Shown here: positions 48,520 through 56,779 of the stretch, piece by piece | How the letters are laid out: every line of letters starts with the position of its first letter | How positions within the stretch are numbered: position 1 is the stretch's first letter | DNA from: Candidatus Latescibacterota bacterium | GTDB lineage: Bacteria > Latescibacterota > UBA2968 > GCA-2709665 | Assembly (NCBI GenBank): GCA_012270675.1 | Contig: JAAXHW010000060.1 | Span: 19,973 to 83,972 of the forward strand | DNA: 64,000 bases | Direction of reading: 5' to 3' | Program-made: the position numbers and the translations under genes | The notes under the pieces: generated by a model | What the model was told of the DNA's origin: nothing | Databases searched by the model: none | Seen by the model: the letters and a program-made list of their open reading frames with translations, nothing else

Positions 48520-49398
48520 GTGAGCCCATCCTCCAACCCCAGCGTCGCATTCCAGGGAGAACTGGGCGCCTTCAGCGAGATGGCTGCCCGGACCTACTTC
48601 CACGAAGGGGTAACCGTCGTTCCCTTGCCGGGTTTCCCGCAAATCTTCCAGGCTGTAGAAAACAAAACCTGTACCCACTGCATCGTCCCCATCGAAAACT
48701 CCCTGATGGGAAGCATCCACGAAAACTACGACCTGCTCTTGAAACACAACCTTCAAATTGTAGGCGAACTCAAGCTTCGAATTGTCCACAACCTGATCGT
48801 CAACCCCGGCACCCGCCTGGAAGACATCCGCCACATCTTCTCTCAACCGCCGGCCCTGGCCCAGTGCAGCGAATTTATCCGATCTCTGGGGCATGCGGAA
48901 GCCGTGGTCGACTACGATACGGCCGGCGCTGTCAAACGCGTCAAAAAAACCGGCGCAAGGGACATCGCAGCGATTGCCAGTGCCCAGGCCGCGGTCGATT
49001 ACGACCTGGACATCCTCCGGGAAGGTATTGAAAACAACCACCAGAACTTCACCCGCTTTCTGGTGGTCGCCCGGCAAGCTGTCGAAGTCAACTCCGAAGA
49101 CCCGGCCAAAACCTCCATCGTCTTTACCATGGAAAACGTGCCGGGCGCCCTCTTCAAAAGCCTCGGCGCCTTTGCGCTGCGGGACATCGACCTGCTCAAA
49201 ATCGAATCCCGTCCCCTCGACAGAAGGCCCTGGGAATACACCTTCTACCTCGACTTCGAAGGGCATCTCGGGCAGGACCGGTGCGCGCAGGCCGTTGAAC
49301 ACCTCAAACAGCTCGTAAGCTTCTTGAAAATTCTTGGCTCCTACAAACAGGGGGAAACCGCAGAAGGCAAAGCCAGAAAAAAGAGGATGGACCCATGA
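48520..49398 (+). CDS. pheA: prephenate dehydratase
   Basis: VAFQGELGAFSE...NFTRFLVV...an ACT domain with ALRDIDLLKIESRP. GTG start after AGGAG. Confidence 0.9.
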   Translation: MSPSSNPSVAFQGELGAFSEMAARTYFHEGVTVVPLPGFPQIFQAVENKTCTHCIVPIENSLMGSIHENYDLLLKHNLQIVGELKLRIVHNLIVNPGTRLEDIRHIFSQPPALAQCSEFIRSLGHAEAVVDYDTAGAVKRVKKTGARDIAAIASAQAAVDYDLDILREGIENNHQNFTRFLVVARQAVEVNSEDPAKTSIVFTMENVPGALFKSLGAFALRDIDLLKIESRPLDRRPWEYTFYLDFEGHLGQDRCAQAVEHLKQLVSFLKILGSYKQGETAEGKARKKRMDP

Positions 49399-50564
49399 AA
49401 TTTGCAGACCGCATGGCGCTCCTCGGAACCGAGTCAGCCTTTGAAGTCCTGGTCAAGGCCCGTGCCCTGGAGGCCAGAGGCAGAGACGTCGTACACCTTG
49501 AAATCGGCGAACCCGACTTCGACACCCCCCGCCACATCGTCGAAGCGGGCCAGAAAGCCCTCGACGAGGGGTATACCCACTACGGCCCCTCCGCCGGCCT
49601 GCCCGAACTCCGGGAAGCAATTGCCCGGGACGTCTCCAGTTTTCGGGGCATCTCTGTCACCCCCGACCAGGTCGTCGTCACCCCCGGCGCCAAACCCATC
49701 ATATTCTACACCATCCTGGCCCTCGTCCAGAGCGGCGACGAAGTCATCTACCCCAACCCCGGATTCCCCATCTACGAATCGGTCATTAAATTCGCAGGCG
49801 CCAAACCGGTCCCGATTCCCCTCAGGGAGGAACGGGATTTCAGCCTCGACGTAGACGAACTGGCCGACCTCGTCACCGGTCGCACGCGCCTGATCATCAT
49901 CAACTCCCCCCAGAACCCGACCGGCGGCATTCTCCCTCAGGAGGACCTGAAAGCGATCGCCAGGGTCTCCGCCGCACACGGGGTGCCGGTCCTTGCCGAC
50001 GAAATCTATTCCCGCATCCTCTATGACGACGATTTCCACCACATCTCCGCCTGCGACGGCATGCAGGACCTCACCATCATCCTGGACGGCTTCTCCAAAA
50101 CCTATGCGATGACCGGCTGGCGCATCGGCTACGGTGTCATGCCCACCGACCTGGCCGAACACACCACCCGATTGATGACCAACAGCAACTCCTGCACCGC
50201 CTCCTTCACCCAGCACGCCGCCCTCGCTGCCCTGCAGGGCCCCCACGACGCAGTGACCGAAATGGTCGCCGAATTCAAACGGCGGCGGGACATCTTCGTG
50301 GAGGGCCTCAACGCGATTCCCGGCATCCGCTGCGCCCTACCCAGGGGCGCCTTCTACCTCTTTCCCAACATCGCCAGCCTGGGCCGCCCCTCCAAAGAGG
50401 TCGCCGAGGTCCTGCTCAACAGGGGGAATGTAGCCGCCCTGGCCGGTCCCGACTTTGGCGAATACGGCGAGGGCTACCTCCGCTTCTCCTACGCCAATTC
50501 GATCGAAAATATCCGGAAGGCCCTCGACCGCATCGCCGATATTGCCGCAACGCTGAAAGCGTAG
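49395..50564 (+). CDS. pyridoxal phosphate-dependent aminotransferase (class I, aspartate/aromatic)
   Basis: GEPDFDTP...NPQNPTGG...FSKTYAMTGWRIGY (PLP lysine)...RFSYA. ATGA overlap with pheA. Confidence 0.92.
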   Translation: MKFADRMALLGTESAFEVLVKARALEARGRDVVHLEIGEPDFDTPRHIVEAGQKALDEGYTHYGPSAGLPELREAIARDVSSFRGISVTPDQVVVTPGAKPIIFYTILALVQSGDEVIYPNPGFPIYESVIKFAGAKPVPIPLREERDFSLDVDELADLVTGRTRLIIINSPQNPTGGILPQEDLKAIARVSAAHGVPVLADEIYSRILYDDDFHHISACDGMQDLTIILDGFSKTYAMTGWRIGYGVMPTDLAEHTTRLMTNSNSCTASFTQHAALAALQGPHDAVTEMVAEFKRRRDIFVEGLNAIPGIRCALPRGAFYLFPNIASLGRPSKEVAEVLLNRGNVAALAGPDFGEYGEGYLRFSYANSIENIRKALDRIADIAATLKA

Positions 50565-50597
50565 GGCCTGCTGCGCCATCCCCAACAGGACACACCC

Positions 50598-51413
50598 ATG
50601 GACGTAACCTCACAGCCTCAACCCTGCCTGGCCGGCCGAACCGTCGGGGATGCGCAGATTCGGAAATGGGTGGAAACCTTCCACCGCCAGGGCTTCTTGT
50701 TTCTCCAGAATGTACTCCCCCCAACCACCTGCCGCGAACTCCGTGACGACCTGGACCGGGCATTGGAGGAAAACCCCAACGGCCTTGCCCGCCTGGGCGA
50801 ACGCATCCATATCTATCACCGGATGTTCGAACTCAGCCCGGCCAATCTGAAACTCTTCGACCTGGAACCCATCGTCAGCCTTGCCGAGGCCCTCGTTGCC
50901 CCGAACTGTCATGTCATCCACAACAATTCCTTCCGTACCCCTCCAAACGGCGGCATCACCGGCTGGCACCAGGACGACCCCCCGCATTATATCGTCACCC
51001 GGGGGGCCCCTCCCACAAACGTCCACCTGCCCGTCCTCTTTTTCACCGCAAACTACTACCTCACGGACGTCACCGAAATAAAATACGGCGGCACCGAAAC
51101 CATTCCCGGGTCCCACCTCTTCGGCGCAAGCCCTCCCCGGGACCTGGAAGGGACCGAATGGCAAAGCCGCATCCACTACAACCTGGGCCGTGCGGGCAGC
51201 GTCGTGCTGTTCAACAACCAGGTCTGGCACCGGGGCGGTCCCAACAAAAGCGCCCGGACGCGGTACATCACCCAGATCACCTATGCCCGGCGCGTCATCG
51301 GCCACAAATACTACCCCTTTATGAACTATACCATGCCCGAACACATCCACAAAAACGCCAACCCCAGATTACACCGCCTCCTCGGCTTCCTCGAACACGG
51401 CGCATATGGATAA
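50598..51413 (+). CDS. phytanoyl-CoA dioxygenase (PhyH) family Fe(II)/2-oxoglutarate oxygenase
   Basis: GFLFLQNVL...TGWHQDD (HxD)...VWHRGGPN. Confidence 0.83.
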   Translation: MDVTSQPQPCLAGRTVGDAQIRKWVETFHRQGFLFLQNVLPPTTCRELRDDLDRALEENPNGLARLGERIHIYHRMFELSPANLKLFDLEPIVSLAEALVAPNCHVIHNNSFRTPPNGGITGWHQDDPPHYIVTRGAPPTNVHLPVLFFTANYYLTDVTEIKYGGTETIPGSHLFGASPPRDLEGTEWQSRIHYNLGRAGSVVLFNNQVWHRGGPNKSARTRYITQITYARRVIGHKYYPFMNYTMPEHIHKNANPRLHRLLGFLEHGAYG

Positions 51414-51448
51414 GGTTTATCCCATGGCATCTGCACCCGGGTTCGAAT

Positions 51449-51481
51449 AAAAAAAAGCCCGCCGTCAAGGCGGGCTTTTTT
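51449..51481. terminator. bidirectional rho-independent terminator
   Basis: AAAAAAAAGCCCGCC-GTCAA-GGCGGGCTTTTTT between the convergent PhyH and desaturase genes. Confidence 0.8.
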
Positions 51482-51503
51482 GCACCTGTACAATACCTCT
51501 GGA

Positions 51504-52670
51504 TCAGGCCGCAATTTCTGACCTGAGGGCACGCCACTCCCGACGCCGGTGTTTTACATTGGACTTGAGTTCGGCACGGCGTTTTTTCATCACCACCCGT
51601 TCAGGGTGGGTCTTCCTCTGAGTGTGTTTAACTTCAACCCATTGTTTCTGAAATGCAACCAGGTCCTCCAGGGCGAGTCTCAGCTTCTGGTAGCCCTCTT
51701 CCAGGCGTTGTATCCAGTGGCTGGATGCCTGTGATTGGGCTATTGCTTTTTTGGCCCGGTTGTATTGCACCTTCAGGTGGGCCTGCTCAATCTTTAAATT
51801 GGAAGGCCGTTTGAGGCCATACGACAGCCCCAGCCAGGAACTGAGCTTAATCACCCATTTGGCCGGATCAAAATGCCACCACTTGGCCCCGTTTCGATAG
51901 TCCCACTGAAATCGGTGGTGATAGTTGTGAAACCCCTCTCCATAGGTAAAAAACGCCAGCAAATAATTGTCCCGGGCCGTATGATCATCGGCATAGGACT
52001 GCCCTCCCCATATATGGGCAAGGGAATTGATTAAAAAGGTAAAATGATGGTTCAAAACCAGGCGCAGCACCCCTGCAAGCAGCACAACACCCCACAGCTT
52101 TCCGTGCCAGTAGCCAAGTAAGAGGGGAACAACCAGATTGGTCACAACCGCCAGGTAAATATAATATTTGTGTTGCCAGCGAACGACTGGATCGGCCATC
52201 AGGTCTTTGACATTGGAAAAGTCGTCCTGTCCGCTGTCGTATTTCCTCAGAATCCAGCCAATGTGTGAAAACCAGAACCCGCGTTTTGCAGAATAAGGAT
52301 CTCTGTCGTCCCGGTCCACAAATCGGTGATGATTTCGATGGTCAGAGGCCCAGTGGAGAACACTGTTTTGCAGCGCACATGCGCCCCATATGGCCCAGAA
52401 AAGCCGGTACAAAAAATGGGCTTCATAAGCTTTGTGGGACCACAATCGGTGATATGCTGCCGTGATTGCCAGGCCGGTCAGAACCATAAACAGAAAAAAA
52501 ACAGACCATTCAAACCCATCGTATCCCACCCGGTATCCATAGTAGGGCACAACACTGACAGCAAGCAATGGTGTGGTCGTTAAAATCAGCGCATTAAGCT
52601 TGTTCAAAGGTGCTTTTTGTTCTGGCACACCCCCCCCTTCTTGACGTATTAACCTGAATTCAACCCGCAC
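51504..52670 (-). CDS. acyl-CoA (delta-9-type) fatty acid desaturase with a ~100-aa C-terminal helical extension
   Basis: Histidine boxes HRLWSH, HRNHH and HNYHH. The start is uncertain: GTG 52670, or GTG 52628 after a G-rich SD. The gene is visibly lower in GC. Confidence 0.87.
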   Translation of the reverse strand: MRVEFRLIRQEGGGVPEQKAPLNKLNALILTTTPLLAVSVVPYYGYRVGYDGFEWSVFFLFMVLTGLAITAAYHRLWSHKAYEAHFLYRLFWAIWGACALQNSVLHWASDHRNHHRFVDRDDRDPYSAKRGFWFSHIGWILRKYDSGQDDFSNVKDLMADPVVRWQHKYYIYLAVVTNLVVPLLLGYWHGKLWGVVLLAGVLRLVLNHHFTFLINSLAHIWGGQSYADDHTARDNYLLAFFTYGEGFHNYHHRFQWDYRNGAKWWHFDPAKWVIKLSSWLGLSYGLKRPSNLKIEQAHLKVQYNRAKKAIAQSQASSHWIQRLEEGYQKLRLALEDLVAFQKQWVEVKHTQRKTHPERVVMKKRRAELKSNVKHRRREWRALRSEIAA

Positions 52671-52697
52671 AACAGAGCCTGGAATATACCAAATTTA

Positions 52698-52721
52698 GAA
52701 GAATATTCAAGAATATTCTTC
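52698..52721. promoter_or_regulatory. 24-bp near-perfect palindrome GAAGAATATTC-AA-GAATATTCTTC overlapping a minus-strand TTGACA-17-AATATT promoter
   Basis: 11-nt inverted arms. On the minus strand, TTGACA is at 52725-52730 and AATATT at 52702-52707, so the operator covers the spacer and the -10 element. Confidence 0.5.
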
Positions 52722-52751
52722 CGGTGTCAAGCCGGACCTGAAAGTTTTGTT

Positions 52752-52780
52752 TTGACAACAGGACAAATATTGTCTATCTG
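52752..52780 (+). promoter_or_regulatory. promoter candidate TTGACA-17-TATCTG containing the 13-bp palindrome GACAAATATTGTC (52762-52774)
   Basis: Read directly. It lies upstream of the alpha/beta-hydrolase gene. Confidence 0.3.
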
Positions 52781-52834
52781 TAAAGAGACCTGTTTTTGGC
52801 CCCTTGCCTTTCTGTCTGACACCAGGAGATTCCC

Positions 52835-53914
52835 ATGCCCGACATCCCCAACCCCTACCAGCAGCACGCCGACATCACCTCCCGCTGGATCAACGACCGC
52901 CAGCGTCTCCTCCGGAATGAGACCGAAGACTACCTCCGCAGCGTCATCCTCAACTACGAACCCCGCCGTGCCGACCACTGGCACCGAGACTATACCTCCC
53001 TCGACGCCTTCGAGAAATCCGTTGAACCCAACCGCCGGCGCTGGCGCGAGGCCGTCGGCGTGTTCGAGCCCGACGGCACGGACCTGAACCCCGTACTCGT
53101 CCCCTGGTACGACGACGATCGCCTCTCTGCCTGGTGGGTCACGATCACCCTCCTCGGCAGCCTCAGAGGGCGCGGCATCCTTGCCCTCCCCAAAGGGCGT
53201 TCAGGGCCGTTCCCCCTCGTCATCGCCCAGCACGGCATCGGCTCCTCTCCGGAAAAAGTCTTCGGCCTGGACGACCCTTCCGACACCTACAAAAGCTACG
53301 GCCGCCGCCTGGCCGCTGAGGGCTTTGCCGTCATCGCCCCCATGAACATCTCCGGAGGTCCCCCCCGCGCCCGCCAGGAGCGCCTCTGCAAGCTTTTGGG
53401 CAAGACCCTCTGGGGCCTGGAAATCCACCGCACCCGGCGCCTCCTCGATTACCTGGAAACCCGCTCCGAAATCGACATCGGCCGCACCGCCATGTACGGC
53501 ATCAGCCTGGGGGGCGCCTACACCATGTTCACGGTGCCCGTCGAGCCCCGCATCGGGGCCGCCGTCGTCTGCGCCTGGTTCAACCACCGCCGCAACAAGA
53601 TGGCCGTGGACGATCCCCGCTACTCCTGCTTCCTCTCCGTCAACGAGGAACACATCTGGATCCCCGGCTGGCTGCGCGAGTTCACCGACAGTGACCTCGC
53701 CTCGCTCATCTGTCCGCGCCCCCTGCTGGTCGAACAGGGCAAGGCCGACGGCATCGCCTGGTGGCCCATGGTGCTGGAAGAATACGGTGAAACCTGCGAA
53801 CACTACAGAAAACTCGGCCTCGACGACCGCATCGAAATCGACCTCCACGAAGGGGGACACGAAATCCGGATGGAAAAAAGCCTCGAATTTCTCAAGAAAT
53901 GGCTTCAGATCTAA
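52835..53914 (+). CDS. alpha/beta hydrolase (esterase/dienelactone-hydrolase-like)
   Basis: Nucleophile elbow GISLGG, and a late GGHE segment (HEGGHEIRME) that may carry the catalytic His. ATG follows CAGGAG. Confidence 0.68.
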   Translation: MPDIPNPYQQHADITSRWINDRQRLLRNETEDYLRSVILNYEPRRADHWHRDYTSLDAFEKSVEPNRRRWREAVGVFEPDGTDLNPVLVPWYDDDRLSAWWVTITLLGSLRGRGILALPKGRSGPFPLVIAQHGIGSSPEKVFGLDDPSDTYKSYGRRLAAEGFAVIAPMNISGGPPRARQERLCKLLGKTLWGLEIHRTRRLLDYLETRSEIDIGRTAMYGISLGGAYTMFTVPVEPRIGAAVVCAWFNHRRNKMAVDDPRYSCFLSVNEEHIWIPGWLREFTDSDLASLICPRPLLVEQGKADGIAWWPMVLEEYGETCEHYRKLGLDDRIEIDLHEGGHEIRMEKSLEFLKKWLQI

Positions 53915-53933
53915 AATTTAAGGAGCAAAACAG

Positions 53934-54932
53934 ATGATCAAACTCGGTGTTATCGGATGTGCCGGCATTGCAACACACCAGCTGAACGCCGTCTGGAAGG
54001 ACAACCTGTTCAAACTCGTAGCGGGCGCGGATGTCCGTCCCGGCCAGCTCGACCTGTTCCGGGAGAAGTTCGGGATGGCGCACGGCTATGAGGACTACCG
54101 CCTGCTGTTGCGCGAGGCGGATGTCGAGGCGGTGATGGTATGCACGCCCACCTATCTCCATGCCGAAATCGTCATTGCCGCGGCACAGGCGGGGAAGCAG
54201 ATCTTCTGCCAGAAACCCATGGCGATGAACTCGCACGACTGCTACAGGATGATAAAGGCCTGCCGCGAGTGCGGCGTCAGGCTCCAGATCGGGTTCGTTC
54301 GACGGTTCGACAACGATTGGGGGACGATGAAAGGGCTGATCGATTCGGGTGTGCTGGGACGCCCGGTCCTGTGGCGCACGGTCTCAGGAGGACCTCCTCC
54401 GGGAAGCCCGTTTTTCATGGACAGATTCGAGGGAGGCGGGCCGTTGATAGACGGGATGGTCCACAACTACGACTTCGCTTCCGCCTGCTTTGGCCAACCG
54501 GTGGAGGTAAAATCGATGCCGATGAAAATCCACCATACCACCACCGCGCTGGATACAGGCACCGTCCTGGTACGGTTCGAGCACAAAGACGCCCTGATGG
54601 GTTCCTGGTCCTGGGGACTGCCCGCGGGGGTTCGCTCAAGCGGCTGCGCGGAAATTCTCGGCCCCAACGGTGTCCTCTTCTTTCCCCGAAGCTACGACCC
54701 GGCAAAGGCCGAGGGCAAATACGACCCGGCGACGCAGGGCGCATACCTCCTGGAACTGGCCGACGGGCAAAGCCAGGTGGTCCCCTTCAAGAAAAAGGAC
54801 ATGTTCCGGGAAGAAATGCGGCATTTCGCCGACTGGGTTCAAAATAACACCGAACCGCAGGTCATTGGCCAGGACGGCCTTCGGGCCACGCGCATAGCGG
54901 AACTGGCGCTCAACGGCGGAGGATTGTACTGA
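53934..54932 (+). CDS. Gfo/Idh/MocA family oxidoreductase
   Basis: MIKLGVIGCAGIA...VMVCTPTYLHAEI...FCQKPMA. ATG follows AAGGAG. Confidence 0.9.
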   Translation: MIKLGVIGCAGIATHQLNAVWKDNLFKLVAGADVRPGQLDLFREKFGMAHGYEDYRLLLREADVEAVMVCTPTYLHAEIVIAAAQAGKQIFCQKPMAMNSHDCYRMIKACRECGVRLQIGFVRRFDNDWGTMKGLIDSGVLGRPVLWRTVSGGPPPGSPFFMDRFEGGGPLIDGMVHNYDFASACFGQPVEVKSMPMKIHHTTTALDTGTVLVRFEHKDALMGSWSWGLPAGVRSSGCAEILGPNGVLFFPRSYDPAKAEGKYDPATQGAYLLELADGQSQVVPFKKKDMFREEMRHFADWVQNNTEPQVIGQDGLRATRIAELALNGGGLY

Positions 54933-54963
54933 GAAGCTGTTTTAAAATTCCCGGTGAGTTCCC
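54933..54963 (+). repeat. stop-codon-abutting 30-nt element, copy D
   Basis: TGA (54930-54932, Gfo/Idh/MocA stop) is followed immediately by GAAGCTGTTTTAAAATTCCCGGTGAGTTCCC. Confidence 0.85.
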
Positions 54964-54981
54964 CGGATTGGAGGCTGACCG

Positions 54982-55869
54982 ATGCAACGCAGAGAAGTCC
55001 GCTGGGAGCGTATGTTCCCCGATGAACTCGAAGCCGCTTTTGAGAAATGTCCCATCGCCTACCTGCCGTATGGCCTGTGCGAACCTCACGGACCGCAGAA
55101 CGCGCTCGGCATGGATGCGCTGAGAGCGCACAGCGTCCTCTGCCTGACCGCACGGACGGCCGGAGGCATCGTCGCGCCGCCCGAGTACTGGCATTGCCAC
55201 GAGGCTGGCATCTACGGCTCCTGGGCCTGCAGGAAAATCGGCGAAGCGCGCCCGTGGCTCACCGCGGTCCCCCCCTGGATCTTCTTGAAAAACCTCTGTT
55301 ACCACGTCCGCGCCGTAGACGCCCTCGGCTTCCAGGGGACGGTTCTCTTTTCGGGCCATTCCGGACCACACCGTAAGGACGTTCCAGTCGTCCTGAACAT
55401 CCTCCAATCGCATGTCTCCACGCGCATCTACTCCCTGATAGGGATGGGAACGGATCAGTCCCGGTTCAAAGACGGCAAAGGGATGGGCGACCATGCCGGC
55501 AGAGGCGAAACAACCCTGCTCTGGGCCGTTGAGCCGGACTGTGTGGATCTCTCTCGTCTCCCACCACCCGACGCGCCCGGCCCCCATTTTGCCATGGGGG
55601 AGGATGTCGAATCGTCCGACCGCAGAACAGGAGAGCAGATGGTGGCGGACATCGTCGACCATCTCTCCGCCAAAGCCGGGGAACTCCTTGCGGAATACGC
55701 CAGTTTAAAGCCCCGTCACACCCCCCTCACCTTCGAACGGATCGAAGCGATCTGGGAACAGGAAATCCGCCCCCGGCTGAAAGGCTTCGCATCGATGCAG
55801 GACGGACCCGGGGCACCGCCTGAAGACTCCCGCTGGCACGACAACTGGCACATACCCGACCGCGGGTAG
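54982..55869 (+). CDS. creatininase (creatinine amidohydrolase) family protein, paralog 2
   Basis: MQRREVRWERMFP...YGLCEPHGPQN...GDHAGRGETT. A paralog of 7678..8574. Confidence 0.8.
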   Translation: MQRREVRWERMFPDELEAAFEKCPIAYLPYGLCEPHGPQNALGMDALRAHSVLCLTARTAGGIVAPPEYWHCHEAGIYGSWACRKIGEARPWLTAVPPWIFLKNLCYHVRAVDALGFQGTVLFSGHSGPHRKDVPVVLNILQSHVSTRIYSLIGMGTDQSRFKDGKGMGDHAGRGETTLLWAVEPDCVDLSRLPPPDAPGPHFAMGEDVESSDRRTGEQMVADIVDHLSAKAGELLAEYASLKPRHTPLTFERIEAIWEQEIRPRLKGFASMQDGPGAPPEDSRWHDNWHIPDRG

Positions 55870-55910
55870 GTGGACATCCGGCAGGGCTTCTCCCTCCTCG
55901 CGGTTTTTGG

Positions 55911-55938
55911 TTGCGGCAGCCTGTTTTTTAGCTATCTT
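55911..55938 (+). promoter_or_regulatory. promoter candidate TTGCGG-16-TATCTT upstream of lgt
   Basis: Hexamers at 55911-55916 and 55933-55938. Confidence 0.3.
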
Positions 55939-55996
55939 TATCCACACGCCCGGGTCGGTTCACCCATTCGTCCATTCACAATGACCCACACCGCTT

Positions 55997-56779
55997 ATGT
56001 ACTGGGACATCAATCCCGAACTGTTCGGCTTCGGTCCGCTTACCGTGCGCTGGTACGGCCTGTTCTTCGTCGCCACTTTCTTCTTCGGTTTCCTCATTGT
56101 CCGGTGGATTTTTCAGAAGGAAAACCGGCCCGAGCACGACCTGAACGCCCTGGTCAATACCATGGTCATCGGCACCGTCGTGGGTGCGCGTCTGGGGCAC
56201 TGCCTCTTCTATGACCCCGCCTATTACCTCAGCCATCCCCTCGAAATCCTCAAAGTCTGGAGGGGCGGTCTGTCCAGCCACGGCGGCGCAATCGGCATCT
56301 TTGTCGCGCTCTACCTCTACACCCGCAGCCGTCCGGACCAGCCTTACCTCTGGATACTGGACCGGGTCGCGATCCCCACGGCCCTGGGCGGGTTCTTCAT
56401 CCGCCTTGGTAACCTCTTCAACTCCGAAATCATCGGCACCCCCACCGACCTTCCCTGGGCCTTTGTCTTCGCCCGCGTCGACGCCCTGCCCAGGCACCCC
56501 ACGCAGCTGTATGAGTCCATCGCCTGCGGCCTCATCTTCATCCTGCTGCTCGCCGTCTACCGAAAACAATACGCCCGGACACCTCAGGGCCTGGTGCTGG
56601 GCCTCTTTCTGGTCACCGTGTTCACCTTCCGCTTCTTCATCGAATACGTCAAAGTCCGCCAGGCCGCCTACGGCTATGGGCTGCCGCTCAGCGTGGGCCA
56701 GTGGCTCAGCATCCCGATGGTCGCCCTCGGAGCCGTATTGCTGATGCAGACGTTGAAAAAGAAAGGATCAAAAAAATGA
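55997..56779 (+). CDS. lgt: prolipoprotein diacylglyceryl transferase
   Basis: VRWYGLFF, GARLGHC, WRGGLSSHGG, RLGNLFNSEI and HPTQLYES. Confidence 0.94.
   Translation: MYWDINPELFGFGPLTVRWYGLFFVATFFFGFLIVRWIFQKENRPEHDLNALVNTMVIGTVVGARLGHCLFYDPAYYLSHPLEILKVWRGGLSSHGGAIGIFVALYLYTRSRPDQPYLWILDRVAIPTALGGFFIRLGNLFNSEIIGTPTDLPWAFVFARVDALPRHPTQLYESIACGLIFILLLAVYRKQYARTPQGLVLGLFLVTVFTFRFFIEYVKVRQAAYGYGLPLSVGQWLSIPMVALGAVLLMQTLKKKGSKK

Noticed and set aside
54930-55025. The idea that the element after TGA is a SECIS-like recoding signal (selenocysteine read-through)
   Set aside because: One copy follows TAA rather than TGA. The element lacks a convincing hairpin. The read-through frames give short, unrelated peptides with no conservation.
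55938-55946. A perfect DnaA-box consensus TTATCCACA upstream of lgt (possible origin)
   Set aside because: It is a single isolated 9-mer. One such match is roughly expected by chance in 2 x 64 kb. There is no cluster of boxes, no AT-rich unwinding element, and no dnaA or dnaN nearby.
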